Below, one piece after another: positions 28,285 through 38,130 of a stretch of 64,000 nucleotides of DNA (its first letter is position 1; each line of letters begins with the position of its first letter). Under the pieces are notes generated by a model. That model searched no databases. It was not told the origin of the DNA and saw only the letters and a program-made list of their open reading frames with translations. The position numbers and the translations under genes were made by a program. Where the stretch lies: the IMG/VR virus record IMGVR_UViG_3300037087_000281, one strand, 5' to 3'. Origin of the DNA: an uncultured virus (IMG/VR IMGVR_UViG_3300037087_000281) (lineage: Duplodnaviria; Heunggongvirae; Uroviricota; Caudoviricetes).

Positions 28285-28668
28285 TTACAGCGACTCGACC
28301 ATCTTGAGCAGGTCTTCTAGCGGCTGGCCTTCGAGCTGCTCGTCCTGCTTCCGCTCGATGATTGACAGGATGCGGTCTTTCTTGGCACGCACCTCGGCCT
28401 TAACCTTCGCCGCCTCGATCTCCGCCAGACGAACGTCGATGATGTGCTTCGCGATGTCGAACTTCAGTTGGAGAACGTCGGTGCTCCGGCTCGTCTTCAG
28501 CACGAAGCTCTCCGTGGACTCCTCCTTGAGCTGGCGGGACAGCGCCATCGCGATCTTGTCGAGGTTCAGCCCGTTGCCGGACAAGGGCAGGTCCCACAGA
28601 TCCTCGACGGACAGCGGACCCTTCTGTGTTTCGAACCGTAATTTCAAGCGTGCGGCTTTTTCAAACAT
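28285..28668 (-). CDS. Conserved phage protein (MFEKAARLKLRF...SVEDLWDLPL)
   Basis: Recognisable phage family; paired with upstream 677-aa gene. Confidence 0.7.
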   Translation of the reverse strand: MFEKAARLKLRFETQKGPLSVEDLWDLPLSGNGLNLDKIAMALSRQLKEESTESFVLKTSRSTDVLQLKFDIAKHIIDVRLAEIEAAKVKAEVRAKKDRILSIIERKQDEQLEGQPLEDLLKMVESL

Positions 28669-28683
28669 GTAATTTTCCTTTCG

Positions 28684-30717
28684 TTAGAATATGACCTTGA
28701 TCGTGCGAGTCAGGCTTCCCTTGACCCTGCACAGCAGTTGGTTGCGTTGCGTTGAGGAGAACCCGAGGCCGCTCAGTTGCCGGTCCGACTCCTCCGTCTT
28801 CATCTTGGCTCCGACGATCTCGAAGACCTTCCGGTGCTTGGATAGCTCCTCCGTTAAAAACTCGTTATAGAACCCCCGCGCCACCCCCTCGTTGCGGCAA
28901 CCTTCGAGCATGAAGAAGTAGTGCTTGTTACCGATGGAGAGGTTATCCCAGTGGTTCGGGGAGAGCATGACCACGTTGGCCCGGTGAAATACTTGAGTGG
29001 GAACGCTCCATATCGTCTTGCTCGATTGAGTGGAGGGCAGAGATGAGACAATCTCGAAGCCGTTCTTGTCATACTTGAATCGCGCCACCTCGATGGTTTC
29101 TTTGTCGCGGACGGGCTTGTCATAGGAGAACGAGTGGACGACCCCGCCGAACTCGATCTCGGCCTCGAAGCCAACGTTGGACTTCTCACGCAGGCAGAAG
29201 TTGTGGACCGCCAAAATGTAGGTCCCCGCCCGCATGCGCTCCTTACTGGGGTAGAAGATGTTTTCCACCGCGCTACGAGTGGTCCCAGAGCCCGCGTTCA
29301 TGTCCACGTCGAGTTGGCCGCGAGTCAGAGCAGAAAGTCTTTTGGCGTAGTAGATCTCGTTGCCTCCAGGCTCGGTCAGGTGCAGGTCGAGGTCATCGTA
29401 GTTGAACCAGGACAGCGAGCACCGGAGGTCAGCCTCCACTTGCCCGCCAGCCCGCTTCACGCGCTCCTTGATGGAGTCGGTCAGGTCGCCGACGTAGGAC
29501 CAGGAGAAGCGGTTGGGCCACTTGAACAGCAACTTGGAGGTGGGGTCTCCAGCCGTGACCAGACTGACTAGGTTGTTGGCGTGCCGGTTCTCGAACATGA
29601 TCTCTAAGGACTCAGCCGTCGGGAGCACGTCCGCGAAGAACTTCTCCACCGGGACCTCCTCCACCCGGTCTAGTGCCTTCTTGCTCTCCGGAATTCGGCT
29701 GGCTAAGTCGTCGAATACGTTCATCGCCTTCTTCGCCGTCCGGTCGGCGAACAGGATGTTGTTGATCGTGATGTCGTCGATGGTCGCGTATCGTCGCTCC
29801 AGCGCGGAGGCCAGCCCCAATTCGTTGACCTTGACCTGCGCGTCCGCAATCATGCGCTTGGTGACCAATGCGGTCGGGCGCTTGTAGTTGGCGGGTGCAA
29901 CCTTTAGCTCAAACGCTTTGACCGCGTCCTCGATGTCCATGCCACCCGAGAGGTCAGTGAGCATGGTGCCGATGGCGGTGTTGCGAATGCGTGAGACGGA
30001 TTGCGGGGTGGAGCCGACGTGCGACCACACAAATAGCTCACGCGCTTCGGGTGTCAGAGCGTCGAACTCCCGCTTGAGCGTCAAGAAGCTGGAGACTGCG
30101 AACTGCTGCTCCTCGCCCCGGTAGAGCGAGTTCTGCGCGATCAGGTCCAGGACCATGCCGATGCTCTCGACGGATAACTCCTGGAGACTGCGGAGCATCA
30201 CGTCGTAGGTGCTGCGGCTCTCGGCCAACTTCGGCCCGATGGCCGGGCCTGGGGCGACTACCGCCGTCGAGAGGTTCACGAAGAAGTGCTCCCAGGTCTT
30301 GACGGTAGTGTCGGCTAGCAGCTGGCGGTTGGCGCTAACGCCTACAGTCTTCTCCGTGTGGAGGAAGGCGTTGTCGATTTTGCCCTGCTTGACCAGCGCC
30401 GACATCGCGTCGGCGACTGCCTGGTACGGGCCTCCGACGCTGATGTCCCACAGGCTGACCATTTCACCGTTGACGATGGTCACGACGCTGCCCAGCGTGC
30501 GGATGAAGCCTCGGCAGCACGAGCAGTCATGCTCCGTGCGCTTCTGGTACAGAGGGTTGGAGCCCTCCGGGAAGCTGTTCAGATAGGACTGCCAGAGCAT
30601 GTCCTTCTCGATATCTACGTGGAATAAGCCGGTGGGCAGCATTCGTTGGAACTGCGCTGCTACTGCGGTCTTCAAGGTCTTGAAGGTTGTTACTTGTTCG
30701 ACTGGTGCTATTTTCAT
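28684..30717 (-). CDS. Conserved phage protein with YfaP/DUF2135-like domain
   Basis: HDCSCC; DLDLHLTEP...LDVDMNAG...AVENIF. Confidence 0.7.
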   Translation of the reverse strand: MKIAPVEQVTTFKTLKTAVAAQFQRMLPTGLFHVDIEKDMLWQSYLNSFPEGSNPLYQKRTEHDCSCCRGFIRTLGSVVTIVNGEMVSLWDISVGGPYQAVADAMSALVKQGKIDNAFLHTEKTVGVSANRQLLADTTVKTWEHFFVNLSTAVVAPGPAIGPKLAESRSTYDVMLRSLQELSVESIGMVLDLIAQNSLYRGEEQQFAVSSFLTLKREFDALTPEARELFVWSHVGSTPQSVSRIRNTAIGTMLTDLSGGMDIEDAVKAFELKVAPANYKRPTALVTKRMIADAQVKVNELGLASALERRYATIDDITINNILFADRTAKKAMNVFDDLASRIPESKKALDRVEEVPVEKFFADVLPTAESLEIMFENRHANNLVSLVTAGDPTSKLLFKWPNRFSWSYVGDLTDSIKERVKRAGGQVEADLRCSLSWFNYDDLDLHLTEPGGNEIYYAKRLSALTRGQLDVDMNAGSGTTRSAVENIFYPSKERMRAGTYILAVHNFCLREKSNVGFEAEIEFGGVVHSFSYDKPVRDKETIEVARFKYDKNGFEIVSSLPSTQSSKTIWSVPTQVFHRANVVMLSPNHWDNLSIGNKHYFFMLEGCRNEGVARGFYNEFLTEELSKHRKVFEIVGAKMKTEESDRQLSGLGFSSTQRNQLLCRVKGSLTRTIKVIF

Positions 30718-30736
30718 AGGTTTGCTTTCCTGTTAG

Positions 30737-30748
30737 ATTATACGGTTA
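30737..30748 (-). promoter_or_regulatory. CCGTATAAT promoter motif
   Basis: TAACCGTATAAT upstream of AGGAAAGCAAACC-TATG; recurs at 15872, 28068, 33721, 47290 and as a variant at 56023. Confidence 0.65.
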
Positions 30749-31117
30749 GCGCCGTTTCTCCTTCATTAGCTTGCGCAGAGCGCTCACTGCGGCGTTCTGC
30801 TCGGGCATGTCTATCCCGAAGCAATAGTCGTGGTTGTGGATGACGGCGGCGTCCCTGGGATCGGCGTGAAGCTTGAGAGTCTCAGACTTGCCGTGGCAGG
30901 TGATCTCCGTCCCGAAGATGGTGACCTCTCCAGCGCTGGCAATCTCGATGGGGTAGCCGTGCTTGATCAGGCAGGGGATCAACGCCTCGGCAACGAGCGC
31001 GTGGACCAGTTGCTTTGGAAAGATGACAGGTATGAGTTGGTCCTCTCCACCAAGAGTAGTTTTGAACATTATGTATTTCATAGATTTACCATTCGCACTC
31101 GCGAATCTTCCCTCCAT
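30746..31117 (-). CDS. Hypothetical protein
   Basis: MKYIMF...PVIFP...VHALVA...SAGEV...CHGKSETL; start uncertain. Confidence 0.55.
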   Translation of the reverse strand: MEGRFASANGKSMKYIMFKTTLGGEDQLIPVIFPKQLVHALVAEALIPCLIKHGYPIEIASAGEVTIFGTEITCHGKSETLKLHADPRDAAVIHNHDYCFGIDMPEQNAAVSALRKLMKEKRR

Positions 31118-31461
31118 CGCTGATGGTCATGAACTTCGGGTCCGGTAGCGGGGACCAGTGAGTAGGTCCATCGCCTGCAGACTCTACTTCAAAATCCCCC
31201 CGTCCTACAAATGGAGGTTCCTCGAAGGGCAGCGTCCACCATAGGACGATCCCATAGTCTTCGTGATACTCGACGCGCGGGCGGAGCAGGAACAGTGGTT
31301 CCATTTTCAAGAATGCATCTTTTAGCTCTTCGAACAAGTTTTCTTTCTTCAGTAAAGATTTGTAAAGTTCAGAACGGGCACTCATCGCTTTCCTCCAATC
31401 CTTCGTGTCGGGCGATCTCATTTGCAGATTCCCGTAGGCACTCCTCGACGGAGACGCCCTG

Positions 31462-33525
31462 TTACTCGCAGGCGGCTTTCAATAGCGCATCGCCGTCTAG
31501 CTCGATCTCTTTCTGATCAAAATGCCGCTGCAACCCGTCGGGGGTAACGAGGTGACCTTTTGACTGCGCCTTCCTACTGGTTTTTCCGATATAGTCTTTC
31601 AGTAATTCCTTCGACGGGATGGTTCCGATGCGGGTGGCATTTTCGTCGGTCAAGACGCCGACCTCGTGCTCGTTGGGATCTCCGCTGGAACCCCAAGTGG
31701 GAGGAGCCGAGGGCGCTCCCTGGCCGAAGATGGCCGGAATAGGTCCACAGAAGATCAGAGACCCTACCGCTCCGGTTTTGGAGTTGAACTTGGCACGGGT
31801 AGAGGCCACCCATGCCAAGTTCTTCTCGCTATCTTTCTCCCACTGCTTACGTGCCATGGGATGTGGGATTAGCTCAGGAGAGAGGATGAAAACTCGTTCC
31901 GCTTCGAGTCCCTTGCAGCGATGCACAGTTCCGAGCACTACCGCGTTGGCCTCGTCGTCGTCGTCCTTGAATAGTGACTCCAGGTTTTCGCGGATCTGTT
32001 GGACGGTCTTGGCATTGGCGATGAACTCCATCATGCACGAGCACTTGTCCATGAGGTTCTGCATGCGGCCCTCACCCTTTTCCTCCAGCTTGAGCAACCG
32101 CTCGGCCTCCTCACGACCGTAGATGCCGAGCTCCTCGCGGATGACGGCTAACTCGTCAGAGTATGTGGCGCGGGCGTTAGCATCCAGCCTCTCTACGGCC
32201 CGCTCCTCCAGCTTGTCGATCAGCTGGCGAAGACCCTTGCCGATGTCCTTGCCCTTGATCACCGGACGGATCTTGCGGCGGATGAGTGCATAGGCGACGC
32301 CGATCAGCTCGGCGTTGACCCGGCAGATCACTAGGTCACCGGCGGCCATCATCTCGACGGCCTTGTCCTTCTTCATCGAGAGGATCTCGCCCTCGGGTGC
32401 GTCGGGCAGCGCCTGGATGTTGGGGAACAGGTTCTGCGCCAACCGGACGTGGCTCTTGGGACAACGACGTGTGATGGTCAGCGGGAAAGTCTTAACGCCC
32501 AACGGACTGTTTTTCATTCTCTCGGTCAACTGGTCGATAGAATCAGACAAAGCGCCCCTGAAACTATAAATTGACTGTCTTTTGTCCCCGATTCCCATCA
32601 GGCGTCCGGCTCCGACTCGAAACATCAACTCGTGCTGACAGGCATTCAAATCCTGAAGTTCGTCGCTGATCATCAGCTGCGGAGCGAAGCGGGGTTTCAG
32701 GTCCAGCACGACCGGCAACCAAATCATGTCGTCGAAGTCAATCTTAGACGCAACGAGCTGCTTGCACTTGTCCAGCGCTGCGGGAACTATCAAGACCGCC
32801 TCGTTGAACTCCCCGTTGAAGTCCAGCGAGTGGTGGTCGGCCAGCCGCTCCATCTCGTCATGGAAGTTGGCGGCGTGATAGTCGATCAGGTAGTTCTTGA
32901 CGAAGCCGGCAAGCTTTTCCGCGAGGTTCAGCTTCATCCGCCACTGCCCCTTGCCGAAGATGGGAGCGGGGCAGAGGCCTTCGAAGATGTTCTGCATCTT
33001 CTTCTCGTCAGGGTCACCGAGATTCTTGAAGTGCTCCCGCAGAATGCCATAACCAAGGGAGTGGTAAGTGCGGGCGCGGGCGTTTGGCACCTTCGACGCA
33101 GCCAACTTTCCATTGGCCTCTTTGGCTATGTGGCGGTTGAAGGCGACGATGGTGATTTGCTGACTCTTCGGGGCACGCAGGCACCATTGGCAAGCAACCC
33201 AGGTCTTCCCCACGCCCGGACCGCTATCCACGATGATATGAGACTTTCCCTTCGCGAGGTAGTCCCAGATGGCTTCCTGCTCGTCAGAGCCGGGCATCTT
33301 GACCATCGGCTCGTAGCCCGCTCCGGCGGCGGGGACGAACTTGGTCTCCTCGCTGACCTTGCGGGTTCCCCGGCAGGACGGGAAGCGGCTGCAACCATAA
33401 AAGCTTCCACGTTGAGAAGTGCGGAGGGTCATCGGCCCGTCGCAATCCGGGCAGAGGACCTTGTCAGATGGCCCGCCCTTGGACTCGACGCGGACTTGCG
33501 CGGCGGTTCTCCAGTCAGTTGACAT
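31462..33525 (-). CDS. UvrD/Rep-like SF1 helicase with N-terminal topoisomerase-type C4 zinc ribbon
   Basis: CPDC...FYGCSRFPSC; GPGVGKT; DELQD; GDKRQSIYSFRGA; TVHRCKGLE; STRAK. Confidence 0.9.
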   Translation of the reverse strand: MSTDWRTAAQVRVESKGGPSDKVLCPDCDGPMTLRTSQRGSFYGCSRFPSCRGTRKVSEETKFVPAAGAGYEPMVKMPGSDEQEAIWDYLAKGKSHIIVDSGPGVGKTWVACQWCLRAPKSQQITIVAFNRHIAKEANGKLAASKVPNARARTYHSLGYGILREHFKNLGDPDEKKMQNIFEGLCPAPIFGKGQWRMKLNLAEKLAGFVKNYLIDYHAANFHDEMERLADHHSLDFNGEFNEAVLIVPAALDKCKQLVASKIDFDDMIWLPVVLDLKPRFAPQLMISDELQDLNACQHELMFRVGAGRLMGIGDKRQSIYSFRGALSDSIDQLTERMKNSPLGVKTFPLTITRRCPKSHVRLAQNLFPNIQALPDAPEGEILSMKKDKAVEMMAAGDLVICRVNAELIGVAYALIRRKIRPVIKGKDIGKGLRQLIDKLEERAVERLDANARATYSDELAVIREELGIYGREEAERLLKLEEKGEGRMQNLMDKCSCMMEFIANAKTVQQIRENLESLFKDDDDEANAVVLGTVHRCKGLEAERVFILSPELIPHPMARKQWEKDSEKNLAWVASTRAKFNSKTGAVGSLIFCGPIPAIFGQGAPSAPPTWGSSGDPNEHEVGVLTDENATRIGTIPSKELLKDYIGKTSRKAQSKGHLVTPDGLQRHFDQKEIELDGDALLKAACE

Positions 33526-33720
33526 TGTTCGCCTCAATTTCCAAAAGGTTTAGAGTTCGCCGCTGCCTGAGGTTTGGGTTTGCCTGGCAAGCGTCATCGA
33601 AAGCCATAGCGATCATTTCCCGGATATCTTCAGGAACGTAGACGGAGCACTGAGACAAGAGTCCTAGTGTTCCCAAATAGCGCATATGTTCGGACTCCAT
33701 TTGGTTTGCTTTCCTTGTAA

Positions 33721-33732
33721 ATTATACGGTTA
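33721..33732 (-). promoter_or_regulatory. CCGTATAAT promoter motif
   Basis: TAACCGTATAAT upstream of AAGGAAAGCAAACC. Confidence 0.65.
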
Positions 33733-34175
33733 GGTGGGATAAGACTTTCAGGACATCACCCTCAAAGCCCATTTGCTAACTGAAGTCTTCTTCGTCCGCT
33801 TCCGCACCAATGTCGTCTTCATCCTCGTCGTCCATCGGGTCGTCCGGCATGCTGTCGAAGTCCGTGAAGGCAGGCGCAGGCGGGGTCATGTGCGCCGCCA
33901 TGTGCTCCATCAGCGCCCCGCGTTTGCTCACCTCGGCGTCGGCTACTGGGACGGTCAGTCCCCTAGCCGTGATATTGCCCTGGGCGTCCTTGACCACGGC
34001 GCGGACCATGCCGCCACCAGTGCTCTGGTGCGCCTGGAAGACCAGCTGGTACCCGTTGCCGAGGTCCTGCGAGCTAAGGTCAGGCATTATTACCTCCATC
34101 CCCACTTGATTACCGCTCCGATGGCAAACCCAGACAAGAGGATCAGCCAGTCGGCAAAGGTCGTCTTTGGTCGGG

Positions 34176-34775
34176 TCACACGCACCCCACTTTCCGGACG
34201 CGAACGACGACCTCGCCGGTGCGGAGTATCTGCTCACCCTTTGGAGTCAGGACGTCTTTCGGCTTCGCGACCAATCGCTCCCGTGCGTAGCGGAGGGTTC
34301 GGCACGTCTGTTCAGCACGGCTCCAGTTTTTGTCTTCGATTTCTTTCCGAAGCTCTACGAGCATCTTGGCCTCTTCTTTCTCCACCTCGTGGATGGCATT
34401 GGCGGTCGGCGGAACGTTCGCGCGGGCGATCAGGTCGAGGAACCGCAAGCGGTCCATGACGTTCCCCGGCACGTGGCAGTGGACGGCATCGGGCTGCGCC
34501 AGACTGCGCAGGAACGCGAGGTCCTTTAGTTGCAGACGGACTTGCGGGATCTTGACTTCAATGCTTGGCCTGCTGAGGTCTTCCGTTTTGGTTTTTGGCA
34601 TATAGCTCCTGTATTGGAAATTCTTACTCGGGATAGGAAGGTAAGACGAAGGAGCATCGGCGCAGAGCGTCTTTTCTCCACAGTCCTCGCAAGCTCCATT
34701 CGAGGTGCCGAAGAAAGACGACTGTCTGTTAGCGTCCTTCATCCGGTGTTGGAAACACGGTTCGCATAAGAACAT
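34176..34775 (-). CDS. Hypothetical protein with N-terminal Cys cluster
   Basis: AAGGAGAGCAG SD; CEPC...CEDC. Confidence 0.55.
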   Translation of the reverse strand: MFLCEPCFQHRMKDANRQSSFFGTSNGACEDCGEKTLCADAPSSYLPIPSKNFQYRSYMPKTKTEDLSRPSIEVKIPQVRLQLKDLAFLRSLAQPDAVHCHVPGNVMDRLRFLDLIARANVPPTANAIHEVEKEEAKMLVELRKEIEDKNWSRAEQTCRTLRYARERLVAKPKDVLTPKGEQILRTGEVVVRVRKVGCV

Positions 34776-34791
34776 CTGCTCTCCTTTGGCT

Positions 34792-34864
34792 TTCGCCTTC
34801 GGCTCCTGATTAAATCATACGGGAGCCGATTCAACCCGTAGCCAACGGGCATCGTCAGGGCGAA
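34792..34864 (-). ncRNA. Type I hammerhead-like ribozyme (variant core)
   Basis: UUCGCC-CUGACGA-U-GCCCGU/ACGGGU-U-GAA-UCGGCUCC/GGAGCCGA-A-GGCGAA; intergenic, three stems around a CUGANGA/GAA core. Confidence 0.55.
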
Positions 34865-35241
34865 CTTACTCCGACTGGAGGATGTTGAAGCTGAACCCCT
34901 TCCTCCAGTTGTCCATAATCTTCTGGGCGAGGACGCGCAGGGCGGTCGCGTCCTCCACCTCGACCCTGAACGTCCGCTTGTGGGCCTTCTTCATCACTAC
35001 CGTCACCGGGAACTTCATCTTGCTCTCCTTTCATCTTAGTCCGGCAACAGCGCCCGAAGTTTGGCAGCTTTCAGCGCAGCGGTTGAAAGCTGATTGAGTT
35101 TCTTGTTGATCTGGCGAAGCTCGCGCTTCGCGTCTTCGTACAATGTTCCGCTGAGAGCAGGCGGCGGAAGCGGCTGAACGGTTTCCAGCGCTTTGAGCAG
35201 CACCACTTCCAACGCCTTCATGTAACGGATCTCGTCTCGGC

Positions 35242-35724
35242 TCATGCGACCTTCTCCTTGGCGGGCTCCAGCCAGCTGTCCCACCAATTGCACTCGGTGC
35301 ACTTCATGTACCAGCGGCCCTCGTTCGGTCCGCCGCCGGTCTTGAACGCCTTCATCTGGTGCTGGCACTTGGGGCAGTTTACCAGCTTGCGCCCGAAGGT
35401 CCAGAGGGCGCGGAGCACGTCGGTCAACCGCCGCTCCCATCCGCCGACGCGCGTCACCCAGCGCCCGTACTTCGAACCGAGGGGCTTGCCCTGCGGGTCC
35501 GCCAACCAGCATCGGATGGAATCCTTGGCGGCTTCGGCGGAGTGGCCGTCGGCTCCGACCGAGGAGCGGATGACGATGATGACTCCGGGCTTGACCGGGA
35601 GGTAGTATTGGTGCTCCCCGCTGATCAGTCCCGTATAGCCCCACAGCGGCGTGCGGGTCCCCTTGAGGCACGGCAGCGCGGCCTCGAACTGGGCACGGGA
35701 GAAGTGGTCCACGCTCATGCACAT
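35242..35724 (-). CDS. Hypothetical protein with C-terminal zinc ribbon
   Basis: CPKC...GPNEGRWYMKCTEC. Confidence 0.6.
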   Translation of the reverse strand: MCMSVDHFSRAQFEAALPCLKGTRTPLWGYTGLISGEHQYYLPVKPGVIIVIRSSVGADGHSAEAAKDSIRCWLADPQGKPLGSKYGRWVTRVGGWERRLTDVLRALWTFGRKLVNCPKCQHQMKAFKTGGGPNEGRWYMKCTECNWWDSWLEPAKEKVA

Positions 35725-36062
35725 GCCTCCTGAGCGACTTCCACGGATTGAATGGCTTTCAAATCCCAGATGCAGCCGGACGCGCAATCCCACCCGTAGT
35801 ACCAAGCAGTGTGGTAAGTCAACCGCCGCGCATAACAGTAAGGCGCGATGATGATGCCTTGGTGCTTGGCGGCGACCTTGGACCAGTCTATGTAATACAG
35901 ATAGTTTCCGCTGGGTTCGTCCCGAATGAAGTCGACACACCATCGCTTCCAGTCATCTTCAACGGAGATCCAGAATCCACGTGGTTTGAAACTATCTTTT
36001 TGCGAGTAAGATCGCTGGGCTAGTTCCAAGGGCGCTGCCGCGTAGTGAAAAAGATTGCTCAT
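35715..36062 (-). CDS. Hypothetical phage protein
   Basis: KPRGFWIS...IDWSKVA...GIII...WYYGWDCASGCIW. Confidence 0.6.
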   Translation of the reverse strand: MSNLFHYAAAPLELAQRSYSQKDSFKPRGFWISVEDDWKRWCVDFIRDEPSGNYLYYIDWSKVAAKHQGIIIAPYCYARRLTYHTAWYYGWDCASGCIWDLKAIQSVEVAQEACA

Positions 36063-36226
36063 CTAAACAACCTCCCGAATAAGCTGAGAACAACCCTGCC
36101 TGCCTTCCGCTCGCGGCCCGAGCGCGTTAGCGGGACACCGATTCGGCGGGATATCTTGCCCTTCAGCGCACTGATACCGACGACGCGCCGCCAACTGAAC
36201 GACATTCCAGGGATTCCGGTCTTCAT
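36059..36226 (-). CDS. Small basic conserved protein (GMSFSWRRVVGIS...GVPLTRSGRERK)
   Basis: GGAGG SD; ATGA overlap with upstream small ORF. Confidence 0.6.
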   Translation of the reverse strand: MKTGIPGMSFSWRRVVGISALKGKISRRIGVPLTRSGRERKAGRVVLSLFGRLFR

Positions 36227-36392
36227 TGGTCCTCCAAGTCTCCTGCCCGGTGACCGTCTTCCTCGCACCCTTTGGCGTGCTTCGGGCAGACGGGCTTGCT
36301 GTGCAAAGAGCAGATCTTGGTCGCCCGTTCGACGTGACCTTGGTCAAAACAGATGAAGCATTTGAGGAAGTAAAGTGGGTGCTCAATTTTCT

Positions 36393-37199
36393 TCATGCTT
36401 GTTCCTCCTTGACGGTCACACTCTCGATGGGGTTGATGGCCGGGGTGACGATCCGACGACCGGCCTTCATGTCCGCCCGTTTCTTTTTTCCGTAGTTAGG
36501 AGAAGCTGTTCCAGTAGGCATGCAAAAGGTGCCAGTAGGTAGATTGACCGCATCTTCTTGAGTCCAACCGCGTTTCAAGCGTCCATAAATTTTGTGTATG
36601 TCGATGCCCTTGATACGTGCCCATTCGGCGCATGTTTTTGTTTCTCCATTGGCAGTAACGAAACGGGTAATCCCTCGATTCTCCATCTGCTCACTTCGGT
36701 TCGCCCATCGAACATTACCGGGCTCATAATTTCCGTTTCTGTTCGGCCAGAGATCAATTGTGTGCTGCGGAGTAGGTTTTCGCCCCATGTAAGATAAGAA
36801 TTTTCCGAAGTCTTTTCGCCACGAACCGAACACTGTTTTTCCACTTCCTCCATAGCGGTCGTATGCAATGTTTTTAGGGTCATAGCATCGTGAGCGCATA
36901 GCAGTCCAACTTTTGTATTCGGTACTAACTTCCGTGACGCATCCTCCGTGTTTTATATGACTGATTCCCATCTGGGATATCACGCACTGATGGCACTGGA
37001 TGGATTTCCCTCGCTTCAGCTCCGTGCCAGACTGATCAATCTTCCTGCCGCAATCACATTTACAGCGGAAGGTGGTCCTCCCCTTGACTACTCCAAGGCA
37101 TTTGCGAATTGTCAGTTTCCCGAACCGCGTACCTACTGCGATGATCAATTTGTTTGCCACGTTTAAGTTTCTCCCAATTAAATTCCCACTCCGCGCCAC
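36393..37199 (-). CDS. HNH-like homing endonuclease (start uncertain)
   Basis: CKCDCG; YKSWTAMRSRC...RYGG; NGNYEPGNVRWA; AT-rich. Confidence 0.75.
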   Translation of the reverse strand: MARSGNLIGRNLNVANKLIIAVGTRFGKLTIRKCLGVVKGRTTFRCKCDCGRKIDQSGTELKRGKSIQCHQCVISQMGISHIKHGGCVTEVSTEYKSWTAMRSRCYDPKNIAYDRYGGSGKTVFGSWRKDFGKFLSYMGRKPTPQHTIDLWPNRNGNYEPGNVRWANRSEQMENRGITRFVTANGETKTCAEWARIKGIDIHKIYGRLKRGWTQEDAVNLPTGTFCMPTGTASPNYGKKKRADMKAGRRIVTPAINPIESVTVKEEQA

Positions 37200-37329
37200 A
37201 GCCGAGGCAGGTCACGTGAGTCGGCCCCCGGCGCTGAAAGCAGTTGAGGTTTCCCACCCGGCGCAGAGACTGAGGGAACGTCATCCGCTGGTGGAGGCAA
37301 CCGAACAGGGACTCCAGCAGCTTGATCAC
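37060..37329 (-). CDS. Small Cys/His protein (LFGCLH...TFP...VTCLGCG), 3' end overlapped by HNH gene
   Basis: Motif pattern; coupled to upstream small ORF. Confidence 0.5.
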   Translation of the reverse strand: MIKLLESLFGCLHQRMTFPQSLRRVGNLNCFQRRGPTHVTCLGCGAEWEFNWEKLKRGKQIDHRSRYAVRETDNSQMPWSSQGEDHLPL

Positions 37330-37501
37330 GGCTCCCTCCGCATCCTTAGGTGAACAATCCCCTTCGGGCTCCCAATGGCGTCTGGCAGGGAGTCTCCGGC
37401 TTTCACGTGATCGGCTGCCATCTGGAGCAGGCGGGCGGCTTCTTGCCGCTCGACCGGCTCCGCGGACTCTGTAATATAGACGAACAGCTCGATTTTCAGC
37501 A

Positions 37502-37717
37502 TCAGCAAACCTCCAGGCGTTGAGACTGATAACGCCCCTGCCTCAGCGGAGCCGAGTGCGGGAATCGAACGTCATACGCGTAGTGGGAGTAGAGCGACCC
37601 GTCCGGCGCGTAACCAGCCATCCACCGAATCCGGCGGACGACCCCGGTCAAGCGACCTTCGTGCTTTCCGCTGAGAACTTTTACGCGTTGCCCCACGGTC
37701 AAAATGTTGATCTTCAT
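37502..37717 (-). CDS. Small KOW/SH3-like protein
   Basis: AAGGAGAGCAA SD; VGQRVKVLSGKHEG. Confidence 0.55.
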   Translation of the reverse strand: MKINILTVGQRVKVLSGKHEGRLTGVVRRIRWMAGYAPDGSLYSHYAYDVRFPHSAPLRQGRYQSQRLEVC

Positions 37718-37795
37718 TTGCTCTCCTTCATGCGCTCTCCCTTGTTTGTTTTTGTGCGGTCGGGAGGAGCAAGGAGAGCGCCGAACCCCTCCCGA

Positions 37796-37870
37796 CCGTT
37801 TCACTCTGCGTTTGCACGGGCTTGTGACCGTTCCCGGCGGGTGATTTGCCTACCAGAAGCCGCATTACGG
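37796..37870 (-). ncRNA. Twister ribozyme A (type P1, with P3 hairpin)
   Basis: CCG-UAA-UGCG-GC-[hairpin]-CGG-UCACAAGC-CCG-UGCAAA-CGCA-GA-GUG-AAA-CGG. Confidence 0.85.
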
Positions 37871-38004
37871 GGATTGGATACCCCGCTAGGATGGCCCTTG
37901 CCGTCACCCCGCTCAGCTATCTCGCTCAGCTCGACTAGCTCCGTGCGGCTGAAGTACAACCGCTGGTCCGGGTCGGTGGTAAGCAGTCGTTGAATCTGTA
38001 CCAT
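37801..38004 (-). CDS. Small hypothetical protein whose 3' end overlaps twister A
   Basis: AAGGAGAGCAAAC SD, ATG 38004. Confidence 0.45.
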   Translation of the reverse strand: MVQIQRLLTTDPDQRLYFSRTELVELSEIAERGDGKGHPSGVSNPRNAASGRQITRRERSQARANAE

Positions 38005-38014
38005 TGTTTGCTCT

Positions 38015-38072
38015 CCTTCCCATCCGCTTTCCACCTCCCCGACTTTGGACGGGGCATCGGCGCGTTGGAAGG
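38015..38072 (-). ncRNA. Twister-like ribozyme E (variant, 3-bp P2)
   Basis: CCUUC-CAA-CGC-GC-CGAUG-CCCCG-UCCAAAGU-CGGGG-...-GCG-GA-UGG-GAAGG. Confidence 0.7.
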
Positions 38073-38130
38073 CCCGCCGTCCGGGTCTGAAGTGGGCGGC
38101 GAGTTCGTCCTCCCGTCGGTAGGACGGGCA

